A stretch of 64,000 nt of DNA, from the NCBI GenBank assembly GCA_963740315.1, contig CAVUDP010000004.1:800001-864000 (forward strand). Direction: 5' to 3'. Source of the DNA: an uncultured cyanobacterium. GTDB lineage: Bacteria > Cyanobacteriota > Cyanobacteriia > Cyanobacteriales > Nostocaceae. This document shows, piece by piece, positions 1 through 12,107 of this stretch (position 1 is the first letter of the stretch; every line of letters begins with the position of its first letter). The position numbers were made by a program, and so were the translations under genes. The notes under the pieces were generated by a model that had not been told where the DNA came from, did no database searches, and was given only the letters and a program-made list of their open reading frames with translations.

Positions 1-852
1 TGCCTGCGAACGAATGAGCGGCGATCGCCGTGGGGGGGTTATTCCCGGTTGTGGAGTCAGTGGAGCAGATGGACGCATCCCTCCTTGGGAATTGAGCAGC
101 GTATTAAAAGTAGGTGTTGAAGTTACAGAAACTGAAGGTTGCTTCATCCGATAAGCATCAAGCATTTGTTCAAATGTCGGTGCAGTTTGGGTAGCAACAT
201 TAGGGTATTCTGGGGAATTTCTGGTTCTTGAATTCAGTAGTTGATTGAATGTTGGTGCATTCGCTGTATTCGTCTGTTGAATAGGATTGCTGCCTGGAAG
301 TGGCGGTAAAGGAGCAATTGTAGCTTGATTAAATTCTGGAGAAGTAAATTCTAGACTGTTACCAGGAGGTGCTGGTAATGGAACTTGAGCATTGATTTGC
401 CTACCCTCATAAATGCCGGTACGAGGACCACCTATAGGTTTTGCATTCCTTTGTACTGCTATGGATTGCTCAATTGCGCGTTTAGTTTTACCAGTTATCT
501 GTTCCTGAATAAAAGTATTCTCTAGCTGTTTGATGTTTTTATAGGGTAAATACCGTTGCGATCGCGTTGGTGAAGTAGCACCAATCTTAGAATTGGGTGG
601 TGGTGGTACTGCTTGTAATTTAAGTTTTGTTCTTCCACTGGGTATGGAAGACTGTGGAACTCGCAGCAAGTCTCGTGAATCCGAAGTTTTATTGGCTTGA
701 AGAGGCAGGGATATCATTTGAGCTTGCGAACTATCGCCTAGACTCAAAGTCCCTAACATTGAGATAGAAGCAGCACAAAACAGCACGCAGGGCTTGGGTT
801 TGTGCAATTTTATCAAAAGAAATTTTTTACGCTTTAGTATTTTAGGCTTCAT
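1..852 (-). CDS. N-terminal part of a Pro-rich, probably secreted protein that runs off the left edge
   Basis: Hand translation from the ATG at 852: MKPKILKRKKFLLIKLHKPKPCVLFCAASISMLGTLSLGDSSQAQ... (basic N-terminus, hydrophobic stretch, then Pro/Gln/Thr-rich). Absent from the ORF track, consistent with a stop outside the window. Confidence 0.6.
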   Translation of the reverse strand, partial: MKPKILKRKKFLLIKLHKPKPCVLFCAASISMLGTLSLGDSSQAQMISLPLQANKTSDSRDLLRVPQSSIPSGRTKLKLQAVPPPPNSKIGATSPTRSQRYLPYKNIKQLENTFIQEQITGKTKRAIEQSIAVQRNAKPIGGPRTGIYEGRQINAQVPLPAPPGNSLEFTSPEFNQATIAPLPPLPGSNPIQQTNTANAPTFNQLLNSRTRNSPEYPNVATQTAPTFEQMLDAYRMKQPSVSVTSTPTFNTLLNSQGGMRPSAPLTPQPGITPPRRSPLIRSQA

Positions 853-1071
853 TACCCCAGTTAGTTAATGTATAAGTAAATATTTACGCTGTATAATGTC
901 GCCACCTTAACAAAAAAAATCCATATCATCGACGGGATAATACGTACTTTGCTCAGATCGTAAAGTTACAAGAAGAATTGGTAAAGATACTCATTTTGCG
1001 ATCGAATTTGGGCAGAATAAATAAAAATGTGGAAATTACACATTTAACCTGCTTTTATTAACATCCATTTT

Positions 1072-1827
1072 ATGAAACAGCAACATTTTCGATTTTTAAG
1101 CAAAACTTCTTTAGTTGTCGCTTCAGGTATGCTTTTATTCATTAGCTCTGGTTGCACAAATAAATCACAAAATGAAGTACAGCTAGAAATACAGGGCATA
1201 CAGAGAGAAGACAGCAATGGTTTATACAAAGTTGTAGGCAACTCTAATTTACCCGAATCTAGCCGTATTGCCGTTACGGCAGTTCGCTATTTGCGAGCAA
1301 CCCCAGCAAACGCCGAAGAAAGACTCGATGATGGAAATATAAACCGTTCAATTTTGGCTCGCCAAATCGTAGAAGTCAAACAGGGAAAATGGGAAGCAGA
1401 CTTAAATCTTTGGCAAGTAGCAGCCAGCGGTAATTTTCAGGAAGCATGGCAGTTGAATCAAGATTACAAAAAATCGACTCCTGAAAGTGAAGTAACTTTT
1501 ATTGCTACTTTTAATCCTGTAGGTCAATTATCATCTTCAGATCAACAAAACTCTCAAAACTCTGCCCCGGAATACCAACTTGAAGGTAAATCCCTGCGTT
1601 TTACCAATGAAGGTGAAAAATACGTACAAGCAAGTCAATATCGCTCTATAGGTTTACCTGTAGGCAAAACAACACCACCTCGTTTACAGCCAGAAGATTT
1701 TAATGATGGCTGGGGAAATCGATATCAAATTAAACCTCAACCGCAAGATTCAAGACCGATTTTACCTCCGCTAGCAAAATCTCAGCAGACTAATTTCCCT
1801 CTGCAAACTACTGAGTTTATACGGTAA
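1072..1827 (+). CDS. hypothetical lipoprotein
   Basis: 251 aa ORF with a hydrophobic signal ending in a lipobox-like ISSG-C. Confidence 0.7.
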   Translation: MKQQHFRFLSKTSLVVASGMLLFISSGCTNKSQNEVQLEIQGIQREDSNGLYKVVGNSNLPESSRIAVTAVRYLRATPANAEERLDDGNINRSILARQIVEVKQGKWEADLNLWQVAASGNFQEAWQLNQDYKKSTPESEVTFIATFNPVGQLSSSDQQNSQNSAPEYQLEGKSLRFTNEGEKYVQASQYRSIGLPVGKTTPPRLQPEDFNDGWGNRYQIKPQPQDSRPILPPLAKSQQTNFPLQTTEFIR

Positions 1828-2042
1828 TTAGTAGAAGCTTAAGATTTACGCAATTAGCACCAAGTTCTCGGTGCGGCTACTTGAGCCGCACCATCAATAA
1901 TATAAAACTGTAAAAGCCTTGGCTCGTTGAGATTTCAATCAAACTTAACTAAACAAAAAGAATCTTTCGGGTGATTTTTATATAGTTATTTGACTAAAGT
2001 TTATTTTTTACCGGAATGGCCGCAACTAGCACAATTGTTATT

Positions 2043-2140
2043 GTAGGGTGTGTGACGCTTCAATAAATTTTGTACGTGGTTATAAGACTTGTAGCGTCAC
2101 GCACCATTAATAGATTGTGACAATACCGTAAGTCCTGTTT
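2043..2140 (+). repeat. GTAG-type REP-like palindromic element (reverse-complement copy at 47440-47535)
   Basis: GTAGGGTGTGTGACGCT...AGCGTCACGCACCAT with a conserved interior and flank GTAAGTCCTGTTT. Confidence 0.8.
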
Positions 2141-2406
2141 TATAGAGAAATTCTATTTTTAAGATGTTTATTGAAATAAAAAGTCATATAGAAAGTACCC
2201 ATTTTATGTTTCAGTTAGAGAATAATAAAAATAAACTACTTGGGTACTTTAGAGGATATTTGTAAAGTTTCTTCTTAATACTTTATCTAGCGTTTAAAAA
2301 AATAAGTAGCATTAATTCATGAATTACTGCTACAAAAAGATATTTATTTTAGGACTTATGCACTTTTGATGAGTCGATCGATTTTTTGTACTTAAATCCT
2401 GAATTT

Positions 2407-3207
2407 TTAACCAAATTGAACTTGTTCGGGCTTGTATGTATCGTAGTGGATACTAATATCCGATTGTGTTTGAGCGGTATTTGTAGACTGAGACATTGGT
2501 GCCAGATTATTTTGCATTGCCTGCATTTGCAACATCATATCTTTAAGTTGTCTTTGTAATTGCTCAAACTCTGCTGGTGCTACGCTAGTTTGATTTGTTT
2601 GAGATATATTAGCAAGTTCTTTTTTGATATTGTTTGATTGAGTATATCCGAGGAAAGTTTGAGCAGAAGCAAACGCTGATGCTGCATTCGCGGATGTCGT
2701 GTTTTGTTCTATTTTAGATGCAGTTGCACCAACCGTTTCTGCTGGCGGTGTTTGCTCCACAACTGGTTGAGATACACTTGCTCGATTCAAAGTCGGATAA
2801 CCATTGCTTGCTGGGGATGATACTTGTTCATCTAAAAAATTATTCAGCCCAGAAACCTGTAGTCGAGTTTCTGAAAGTTTAAATTCTTTGAGTATTTCCT
2901 CTTTTTGCTGTAATTGCTGCTCTAATTGCGATATTTGTACTTCAATTTCTGCTGATTTGCGAGAGGATTTACGCCATCCGCAAAGTGCTATAGCAGAAAT
3001 TCCAGCCCCTAAACTAAGTCCTGTTGATATAACGACGTAAGGTAAAGCAACATCTCTAAGCTTACCAAAGAAAAGTGTTTCTTCTTGGAAGTTGATATTA
3101 ATTTGCTTATCACCTATTACAGCAAGCGGTAGTGTCATGGCTGAAAAAACAGCCGCAGAAGCTAAAACTGGAGGCAGAATAAATTTTGTTAATGCAGTTA
3201 GAGACAT
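2407..3207 (-). CDS. hypothetical membrane protein with coiled coils
   Basis: 266 aa; two N-terminal hydrophobic segments and Q/E-rich heptads. Confidence 0.7.
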   Translation of the reverse strand: MSLTALTKFILPPVLASAAVFSAMTLPLAVIGDKQININFQEETLFFGKLRDVALPYVVISTGLSLGAGISAIALCGWRKSSRKSAEIEVQISQLEQQLQQKEEILKEFKLSETRLQVSGLNNFLDEQVSSPASNGYPTLNRASVSQPVVEQTPPAETVGATASKIEQNTTSANAASAFASAQTFLGYTQSNNIKKELANISQTNQTSVAPAEFEQLQRQLKDMMLQMQAMQNNLAPMSQSTNTAQTQSDISIHYDTYKPEQVQFG

Positions 3208-3714
3208 ATTTAAAAGTTTGGTTATTCAAAAAAAACGGCAGATGCTTCAATTACTAATGCATGATTTGCTTTGCAGCAATCAAAGTAGTAATTGATTGTT
3301 TAACTCTATTAGTTTCTAATTTATTCGTTAAATACCTATGCCACAAGTGTTTAAAGATAAAGAAATCCGCAAAGTAAATAAATTTTTTATAAACTTTTTT
3401 TTCACTAGCTCGGCAAAACCCGATTTAGGCTTATCGAGCTTATATTTGAGCCTGTTTCAAAAAAAATACTTTTAGCGCTTTCTTATACTTAAGTAGTAGA
3501 TTACATTTGGCAAATATCTATCTAAAGTGTTATTTTGTTGTTTTGACTTAATTAATCTTATTACATGAATCTTTCTTCAAATATTTATTTAGTCAAATAA
3601 ATAGATATTTAACTTTTAAAAATATTGAGATGCAAAAATATGTAAGTGAACTTATCGGGTATCAAAGCCACAGTACAATTATCTAAAATTATTAAAAAAT
3701 AGGTTTGAGTAATT

Positions 3715-5400
3715 ATGCGTATTTATTATAAACTTTTATCTTTAATTGATAAATTGAAAAATTTTGTCAAAAATTTACTTTGGGTGTTTTCTCGGAGATG
3801 TTTTAATAGAACTAGAAAATACTGGAAAAATAAACAATTAAAAAAAATAAAATTCTACAATAAAATACTGATATTCATCATTACCTTAGTGTTTTGCTTG
3901 AATAGTAATTTGACAAATATGTTAATTAGCAATCAAGCCAACCTTGCCAGAGCAACAACAACCATACAGCTACCACTTTCAACTAGTGGCGCGAAAATCG
4001 TTGATGCCAAAGGAGATAGAGTATTACTGCAAGGTGTCAACTGGTTTGGCATGGAAACCGAAACTCACGCTCCCCACGGTTTGTGGAAGCGGGATTATAA
4101 AGAGATGCTGGCGCAAATCAAGAATCTTGGCTACAACTTGATTCGCTTGCCATATTCAGTCGAAGCACTGCGATCGCTATCGGTTAGTGGCATTGATTTT
4201 AGTATTGGTAGCAATCGAGAACTTGAAGGTAAAACCCCTATAGGAATAATGGACGCGATCGTTGAAGAAGCTCAACGTCAAGGTTTATTAATTTTATTAG
4301 ACTCCCATCGTCTTAACGATAAACGAATTCCCCAATTGTGGTACGGAGATGGCTATACGGAAGCTGATTGGATTAATACCTGGTTGCAGTTAGCTCAAAG
4401 ATACAAAAATCAACCTAATATTATTGGTGCAGATTTAAAAAACGAACCCCACGGTAAAGCTAGTTGGGGTACTGACGATTTAGCTACAGATTGGAGATTA
4501 GCAGCAGAACGTGCGGGAAATGCGATCGGAAATATAAATCCTAATTGGTTAATTGTTGTTGAAGGAGTAGAAAATAATGTTCCGGGACAATATTTAACTA
4601 ACCATTGGCAAGGTGGTAATTTAGAGGGCGTGCTTAAATATCCGGTACGTTTATCAGTTGGTAATAAGTTAGTTTATTCTCCCCATGAATACGGACTCTC
4701 TGTTTATAAGCAACCCTATTTTGATGACCAAAACTTTCCCAGAAATCTGATCGATCGCTGGCAAATCGGTTTTCACTATATTGCTAGTCAGCAGAAGGCT
4801 CCTATTTTAGTAGGAGAGTTTGGTGGACGTTTAAATGACAAGAAAGAAGTTATTTGGATGCGGGAGTTTGTTAAATACATCCATAATAAAAATCTCAGTT
4901 TTGCTTTTTGGAGTTGGAATCCAAACAGTGAGGATACGGGAGGTATTCTTTTAGATGATTGGAAAAATGTTGATTTACCAAAACAAAAATTAATTTCTCA
5001 ACTACTTCCAGTTAAATTTACTCAGATAGAAACTACATCAAATAGAATACAGCAACCACAAGAACCTCGGAATTCTAATCCCGTAATTTCTGACAACACT
5101 CAATTAAAAGCTAATACCATAATTTATTCGGATTGGCAAACGGGATTTTGTACCAGATTCAGGATTACAAACGATTCTTCAGAACCAGTTCAAAATTGGC
5201 AACTGGAATTTAACATGAATCAAGCTAAAATAAAAAATTCCTGGAATGCCAATTTTAAACAAGATGGAGATAAATACGCGGTAACTCCTTTAAATTGGGG
5301 AAAAATCATTGAACCCAAACAAGTACGGATTGTTGGATTTTGCGCTTCCAAGTTAGGTTCTAATTATTCTCCTCAACAAGTCAAATTACATACAAATTAA
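3715..5400 (+). CDS. GH5 endoglucanase (cellulase) with C-terminal CBM2; true start may be downstream
   Basis: GVNWFGME, DLKNEPH (acid/base Glu), YSPHEYG, VGEFGG (nucleophile), WSWNPNS. C-terminal SDWQTGF..NW..W pattern of CBM2. Confidence 0.9.
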   Translation: MRIYYKLLSLIDKLKNFVKNLLWVFSRRCFNRTRKYWKNKQLKKIKFYNKILIFIITLVFCLNSNLTNMLISNQANLARATTTIQLPLSTSGAKIVDAKGDRVLLQGVNWFGMETETHAPHGLWKRDYKEMLAQIKNLGYNLIRLPYSVEALRSLSVSGIDFSIGSNRELEGKTPIGIMDAIVEEAQRQGLLILLDSHRLNDKRIPQLWYGDGYTEADWINTWLQLAQRYKNQPNIIGADLKNEPHGKASWGTDDLATDWRLAAERAGNAIGNINPNWLIVVEGVENNVPGQYLTNHWQGGNLEGVLKYPVRLSVGNKLVYSPHEYGLSVYKQPYFDDQNFPRNLIDRWQIGFHYIASQQKAPILVGEFGGRLNDKKEVIWMREFVKYIHNKNLSFAFWSWNPNSEDTGGILLDDWKNVDLPKQKLISQLLPVKFTQIETTSNRIQQPQEPRNSNPVISDNTQLKANTIIYSDWQTGFCTRFRITNDSSEPVQNWQLEFNMNQAKIKNSWNANFKQDGDKYAVTPLNWGKIIEPKQVRIVGFCASKLGSNYSPQQVKLHTN

Positions 5401-5403
5401 ACC

Positions 5404-5432
5404 AAAAAAAATCCCAGGCATTGCCTGGGAAA
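5404..5432 (-). terminator. intrinsic terminator between convergent cellulase and rpoC2
   Basis: Stem TCCCAGGC/GCCTGGGA preceded by an A8 run, which is the U-tract on the minus strand. Confidence 0.75.
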
Positions 5433-5478
5433 GGAAATTAAAGTTAGTTTTTTTTAACCGTATTATTCCAACTAAACT

Positions 5479-8400
5479 TTAATTATCATCATCATCATCG
5501 TCGTCATCGTTATCTTCAAATTCGCTTAAATCTCCTAAAAGACTATCGTCATCATCGTCGTCATCATCGCCCGTTTCATCCGAATCATTCTCATTCTGCA
5601 TTGGCGTTAAATCGTTGATAACGCTATTATCATTCATCCCAATGCGGCTCATCAATTCATTATCATCATCCAATATCGACGATGAAGCATTTTTACTCGC
5701 AAAACTATCCGTCATAGTTGGCGAATCCAAGTTGTAAGCCCGCGCTGTACGGTCATCTAAAACCATATCTAAGGGGTCGTCAACTTCATCCAGCACGCTG
5801 TTGCTCATGTCGGTAGCATAGTCATCAACTATACCCATCTCTTCATAAGCATTAAACCCAGTACCCGCTGGAATCAATCGTCCGATAATTACGTTTTCTT
5901 TCAAACCACGCAACCAGTCGGACTTGCCTTCGATCGCAGCTTCGGTCAATACGCGAGTTGTTTCTTGGAAGGATGCCGCAGAAATAAAGCTATCGGTGTT
6001 CAAGGATGCTTTGGTAATCCCCAACAACACTGGTGTATATTGCGCCTTGGCACCACCAGTAATCGACATCGCTTCGTTCACCTGCTCCACTTGACGCAGT
6101 TCGATCAATTCCCCAGGCAGCATTGTAGTATCGCCGCCGTCATCTATCCGCACTTTGGATGTCATCTGACGCACGATTACTTCGATGTGTTTGTCGGAAA
6201 TTTCAATTCCCTGGGATTGATACACCGACTGCACTTCGTTCACCAAAAACGTCTGCACTTTTTGCAACGCATGGCTGGCACAAGCATAAACCCCTTCATC
6301 GGAACCTTGGTTGAAAAATACTTCCAAGATTTCATGCGGATTGGAAGGACCATCCGTGAGCGGCTGTCCGGTTTCTACGGTTTGCCCTTCCGAAATTACC
6401 ATGTTTTGTCCGGGTCCCAAATTATAGTCGGTGACTACCCCACCCGCTTCCATAATCTTCAGCGCGATCGCCTCGTCTCCATCGCCATAAACTGGTTTAA
6501 CTTCGCCGCTTCTACGAGCTAATATACAGCCTTCTTTGGGTTTGCGAGCTTCAAGCAGTTCTTCAATTCTCGGTAAACCTTGGATAATATCCCCGGTTTT
6601 AGCCCGCTCAAATACCAACAACACCAAGTTATCGCCGCGCTGTACCAAGTCCGTATCGTCAACTTGCAGTATGGCACCGGGACTGACTCGGTAGGGACGA
6701 CCCATCCGCATGGTAACGTAATGACCGGACTCGCTCGATGGTACTATAGCTTGCCCTTCACCATCAAGAGCGTCCAAGGCTTTATGCCCGGTACCCACAT
6801 CAACTACCTGTCCCGATTGTTCTGCTAATATTCCCGGCGCAATTGCCGCTCCTTCTACCAGCAAATCGCCGACTTTACAGCTAGGAGCGTCGCCAACATT
6901 AACCGTGAATTTATCGCCCGTTCGCAAAATCAAACAGCGTCTGGGTGCATCGGTACCAACTTTAATCCCCTGAATCACTCCTCCTTCTTTACACAAGATT
7001 TGGGTACGCGCTACCACAGAACCCGGTTCGATGGTTTGTCCGTCTTCCACTTCCAAACTGGTTCTGGTACTACCTTGAGTCGCATCGGCATCAATATCGC
7101 GACGAATCACCAAAGATTCCAAAATTACCAGTTGCAAGCGTTGAATCTCTGGATCGTTTTCATCCACTACCAGTTCGATATCTGCCGCCAAAGGAGAAAC
7201 CGCATGTTCTTCGCCAGCAGCCCCAATCTCCAATACCAACTGAGTCCGCAGCAGTTCCACTCCTTCTACAGACTTAATCCGCTCCGAGTCTTTATAAGAT
7301 ATTCTTTGTACTGCTTTTAGCTGAATCGATCGCCCGCTTTCTTCGTTTGCCGAAGTCGTACTCGGTACGTCTGGATTGGTGGGGATAGGAAACTCCACTA
7401 CCGGACGGCTCAACACTGCCGGACCTTCTGGTGTTTCTACGTACTCGATATAGCGTAGTTCTGTAAAAGTTTTACCCATAAACTCTTCACCAGCTTGGAC
7501 GAAAGTACCGTCTTTACCCATCACTGCTTCTGGGTCTTCAACCATCAGCAATTCCCCTGGTTTAATCACCACTTCTCGCAAAATATCGTTTTTCTGAGTA
7601 ACTTCTACTACTCCGGTATTTTGACTGAAAATATCCTTGACGACTTCATCACCAGCATTCACCAGTTGTCCGTCTTCCACGATCAACAAGGAAATATCTT
7701 TATTTACTTCGTGGGTTTCTTCGGGTATCCACAGCAACGTACCTCCCTGCACCACTTCGTAACCGAGTTTCGCCTTACCTTTCTTCTGCACCTCTACCCC
7801 AGAGAATTTCAACAACCCTCCGGTTTCGGTGCGATAGCGATCGTCAATTAACTCCGCGACTACCTGAGAGTTTTGCACTTTGGTACCCGGAGTTGCTCTC
7901 AAATTAAATACCTGGTTGTTTGCCGTGGTAATTAAATAGTTATTCCGACCTTGAGAGCTTTGCACCGTCACCGCCGCTCGATCCAAAACGATCGAAGCCG
8001 TAATAATTTCAATCTCGCGAGTACTTTTACCCGGAGTCGCTTCCGGCAAGCGCACGCCACCGCCATGCTGAGAAGTTAACTTGCTTTCGGCAATTACCCC
8101 ATTGCTTTCAACGCGATCGCCATTATCAACTACTAATTCCGCACCGGGAGGTAAATTATATACTTCTCCCGACAAAATCCAAATCAAACCACCCCTAACC
8201 GCCGTAGTTGTAGTATTGCCCTGACGGTCGGTTTTTTGTTCCGCCACTACATCGGCGAACCTAACTTCTCCGGCAATATCGGAAGCAACATCTTTTACCG
8301 CTTTCTCAGTGTTAATCCGGGTAGTTCTCGCACCCAAAGCCACCTCAGCCAGCAGTTGCCCCTGTTTAATTTTAGAGCCGTTGGGCACGTATAAAGTCGA

Positions 8401-9630
8401 ACCCTTGGTGATATTAATTTCCATCGCCGCAGATTTTTGACTGCCGCTCGGTTCCAAAGTCATCGTCCCGTTTGCTTCCACAAACAAAGCATCTTCACCG
8501 TGACGAGTCCGGTAAGGTCTGGTGCGGAATTTACCCTTGAAACGCACCGTACCATCGGCTTTAGCTCGTACCTGTTGCGCCACTTCCCCGGTAAATACAC
8601 CACCCGTGTGGAAAGTACGCATGGTTAACTGAGTACCCGGTTCCCCAATACTTTGGGCGGCAATAATCCCTACAGCTTCTCCCAAATCCACCATTTTGGC
8701 GTGCGCCAAACTCCAGCCGTAACAATGCTGGCAAACGCTGCGGGCGGCTTCGCAAGTCAAAGGAGAACGAACTTCTACCGCTTCAACTCCAGCCGCTTGG
8801 ATAGTATCGGCGAGTTCTTCGGTAATCACCGTATTGCGAGTTGCCAGAACTTCACCAGTTTTGGGATGCACTACATTAACGTTAACCGACCTTCCCAAAA
8901 GTCGATTCCCCAGAGGAATCAATACTTTATCTCCCTCCTTCATCGGAGTCACCGGAATTCCCCGCGACGTACCGCAGTCGGTTTCGCGGATAATCACATC
9001 CTGGGATACATCCACCAAACGTCTGGTTAAGTAACCGCTATCGGCTGTCCGCAACGCCGTATCCACCAAACCTTTACGGGCACCGTAAGAAGAAATAATA
9101 TATTCCGTTACCGTCAATCCTTCCCGGAAGTTAGTTTTAATTGGTAAATCGATGATTTCCCCTTGCGGATCTGCCATCAATCCCCGCATCCCCACCAACT
9201 GCCGCACCTGAGAAATATTACCCCTAGCGCCGCTAAACGCCATCATATAAACACTGTTGAGGGGATTATTTCTCTTAAAGTGCGTTACCACCTCATCCTT
9301 GAGCGCTTCGGAAGTACCGTTCCAAGTATCAATTACCTTCTGAAAACGTTCAACTTCCGTAATTTCCCCGCGTTGATAGCGTTTCTCAGTCGCGCGAATT
9401 TCCTCCTCAGCAGCTTCTAGGAGCGATCGCTTAGAAGGAGGCACCATCAGATCGTCAACGCTAATAGAAACTCCCGCCTTAGTCGCGTAGCGGAAGCCCA
9501 ATTCTTTCAGCTTGTCCGCCATCACCGCCGTCCGCGCCGTACCGTAATTGTTAAAACCCCAAGCAATTAACTTTCTCAGTTGTTTTTTATCAACTACGCG
9601 GTTGCGAAAAATCATGTTTTCGTCAGTCAT
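5479..9630 (-). CDS. rpoC2: DNA-directed RNA polymerase subunit beta' (RpoC2)
   Basis: [42 protein letters not shown], large SI3 insertion, [10 protein letters not shown]. Confidence 0.99.
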   Translation of the reverse strand: MTDENMIFRNRVVDKKQLRKLIAWGFNNYGTARTAVMADKLKELGFRYATKAGVSISVDDLMVPPSKRSLLEAAEEEIRATEKRYQRGEITEVERFQKVIDTWNGTSEALKDEVVTHFKRNNPLNSVYMMAFSGARGNISQVRQLVGMRGLMADPQGEIIDLPIKTNFREGLTVTEYIISSYGARKGLVDTALRTADSGYLTRRLVDVSQDVIIRETDCGTSRGIPVTPMKEGDKVLIPLGNRLLGRSVNVNVVHPKTGEVLATRNTVITEELADTIQAAGVEAVEVRSPLTCEAARSVCQHCYGWSLAHAKMVDLGEAVGIIAAQSIGEPGTQLTMRTFHTGGVFTGEVAQQVRAKADGTVRFKGKFRTRPYRTRHGEDALFVEANGTMTLEPSGSQKSAAMEINITKGSTLYVPNGSKIKQGQLLAEVALGARTTRINTEKAVKDVASDIAGEVRFADVVAEQKTDRQGNTTTTAVRGGLIWILSGEVYNLPPGAELVVDNGDRVESNGVIAESKLTSQHGGGVRLPEATPGKSTREIEIITASIVLDRAAVTVQSSQGRNNYLITTANNQVFNLRATPGTKVQNSQVVAELIDDRYRTETGGLLKFSGVEVQKKGKAKLGYEVVQGGTLLWIPEETHEVNKDISLLIVEDGQLVNAGDEVVKDIFSQNTGVVEVTQKNDILREVVIKPGELLMVEDPEAVMGKDGTFVQAGEEFMGKTFTELRYIEYVETPEGPAVLSRPVVEFPIPTNPDVPSTTSANEESGRSIQLKAVQRISYKDSERIKSVEGVELLRTQLVLEIGAAGEEHAVSPLAADIELVVDENDPEIQRLQLVILESLVIRRDIDADATQGSTRTSLEVEDGQTIEPGSVVARTQILCKEGGVIQGIKVGTDAPRRCLILRTGDKFTVNVGDAPSCKVGDLLVEGAAIAPGILAEQSGQVVDVGTGHKALDALDGEGQAIVPSSESGHYVTMRMGRPYRVSPGAILQVDDTDLVQRGDNLVLLVFERAKTGDIIQGLPRIEELLEARKPKEGCILARRSGEVKPVYGDGDEAIALKIMEAGGVVTDYNLGPGQNMVISEGQTVETGQPLTDGPSNPHEILEVFFNQGSDEGVYACASHALQKVQTFLVNEVQSVYQSQGIEISDKHIEVIVRQMTSKVRIDDGGDTTMLPGELIELRQVEQVNEAMSITGGAKAQYTPVLLGITKASLNTDSFISAASFQETTRVLTEAAIEGKSDWLRGLKENVIIGRLIPAGTGFNAYEEMGIVDDYATDMSNSVLDEVDDPLDMVLDDRTARAYNLDSPTMTDSFASKNASSSILDDDNELMSRIGMNDNSVINDLTPMQNENDSDETGDDDDDDDDSLLGDLSEFEDNDDDDDDDDN

Positions 9631-9635
9631 TTTAA

Positions 9636-10059
<424 letters not shown>

Positions 10060-10060
<1 letters not shown>

Positions 10061-11937
10061 CAGCTCGCCAATGCTTCCTGAATCGCCATATTGTAAATTA
10101 CGCGACCCGGTGTCGTGTATATATACTGAGAAAGTAATTCTCCGGCTGCATCTTGTCTGACGCGGCGGAATTTGTAGTGCAAGGTGCGGGTACCGTCTTC
10201 ATTTTCTGTGGTTTCTACGGGCTTGTTATCCTCTACATCCTGTTCCACCGCCCCATCGTAGCGGACGTAAACGTAAGCGTGTAAATGTACCTGCTGTTGC
10301 TCGTAAGCCATGACTACATCCTCTAATGAGGCATAATATCCCCCAGCACCCTTGCTTGCATCGGGGTTTTCTGCGGTTAAATAATATGCTCCCAATACCA
10401 TGTCTTGACTGGGTGTAATAATCGGCTTACCAGTAGCTGGAGAAAGTATGTTGTTGGAAGCTAACATCAACAATCTTGCTTCCGATTGCGATTCCAAAGA
10501 CAAAGGAACGTGTACCGCCATTTGGTCGCCGTCAAAATCGGCGTTGAATGCCGGACATACCAAAGGATGCAGTTGAATTGCCCTTCCTTCTACCAAAATC
10601 GGTTCAAATGCTTGAATACCCAAACGGTGCAAAGTTGGGGCGCGGTTGAGCATTACCGGGTGCCCTTCAATCACTTCTTCCAAAACATCCCAAACTTGGG
10701 GGTCTGCCCTAGCTATTAATTTCTTGGCAGCTTTGATATTATTTACCATACCGCCTCTAATCAAGCGATTAATTACAAACGGCTGGAATAGTTCGATCGC
10801 CATTTCTCTGGGCAAACCGCACTGGTGAATTTGCAGCTTCGGACCGACTACAATTACGCTTCTTCCGGAATAGTCAACACGTTTACCCAATAGGTTCTGC
10901 CGGAAACGTCCTTGCTTACCTTCAATAATGTCGGACAAAGATTTTAAAGGACGGTTGTTGGCACCAACTACAGTACGTCCGCGCCGCCCGTTATCGATCA
11001 AAGCGTCTACAGCTTCTTGCAGCATCCGTTTTTCGTTACGGACGATGATTTCCGGCGCGAGAATTTCCTGCAATCTCGCCAAACGGTTGTTGCGGTTAAT
11101 TACCCGGCGATAAAGGTCGTTCAAATCGCTGGTTGCAAAGCGACCGCCATCAAGCTGTACCATCGGGCGCAAATCTGGAGGAATCACCGGAATCACGGTC
11201 ATTACCATCCATTCGGGCTTGGAACCAGTCGCAATAAAGTTATCTATTACCCGCAAGCGCTTGATCAACTTGGCTCGCTTTTGACCTTTGGCAACAATAA
11301 TATCTTCGCGCAGTTTTTCAGCTTCCGGCTCCAAATCAATATCGGCAAGCAACCGCAGCAAAGCTTCCGCACCAATACCAACTTCTACACCTTCTAAGAT
11401 CGAATCTTCGCTGTAAATTTGGTCTTCAATTTCCAGCCATTGGTCTTCGGTAAGTAATTGTTTGTAGCTTAGCGATTCGGCATTCCCCTTACTCAGAACA
11501 ACATAAGAGTTAAAGTAAACTATTTGTTCCACATCCCGTAAAGGCATATCCAACAGGATGGAAATATAGCTGGGAATACCTTTGAGATACCAAACGTGGG
11601 CGACTGGTGCTGCCAGTTTGATATAGCCCATGCGGTGGCGGCGGACTCTCGATTCAGTGACTTCCACGCCGCAGCGCTCGCACACGATTCCTCTATGACG
11701 GACTCTTTTATATTTACCGCAATGGCATTCCCAATCTTTCGCCGGTCCAAAAATGCGTTCGCAGAAAAGTCCGTCCATCTCTGGCTTGAGAGTACGGTAG
11801 TTAATTGTTTCTGGTTTCGTAACTTCACCAACTACCTGAGAATTAGGTAAAGTCCTTTCTCCCCACTGACGAATACGTTCGGGTGAAGCTAAACCAATTT
11901 TTACGTAATCAAACTGATTATTTTGAGAATTTCTCAT
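10060..11937 (-). CDS. rpoC1: DNA-directed RNA polymerase subunit gamma (RpoC1)
   Basis: Zn finger CHCGKYK...CERC, catalytic NADFDGD, 625 aa. Confidence 0.99.
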
Positions 11938-11944
11938 CTCTTTG

Positions 11945-12105
11945 TAGTTAGTTGTTAGTTGTTAGTTGTTAGTTGCGAGGAATGGGGAATAGGGAGTAGG
12001 GAGTAGGGAGTAGGGAGTATTGAGTATTGAGTATTGAGTTACTAACATTTATTTCTCCTTGTCCCCTTGTCCCCTTGTCCCCCAATCTCCCTATCTCCCT
12101 ATCTC
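11945..12105. repeat. short tandem repeats GTTAGTT, GGGAGTA, GAGTATT, TTGTCCCC
   Basis: Visible arrays in the rpoB-rpoC1 spacer. Confidence 0.9.
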
Positions 12106-12107
12106 TT

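Noticed and set aside
3405..3445. GGCAAAACC hairpin resembling a c-di-GMP-I riboswitch
   Set aside because: The GNRA/receptor architecture and second stem were not found.
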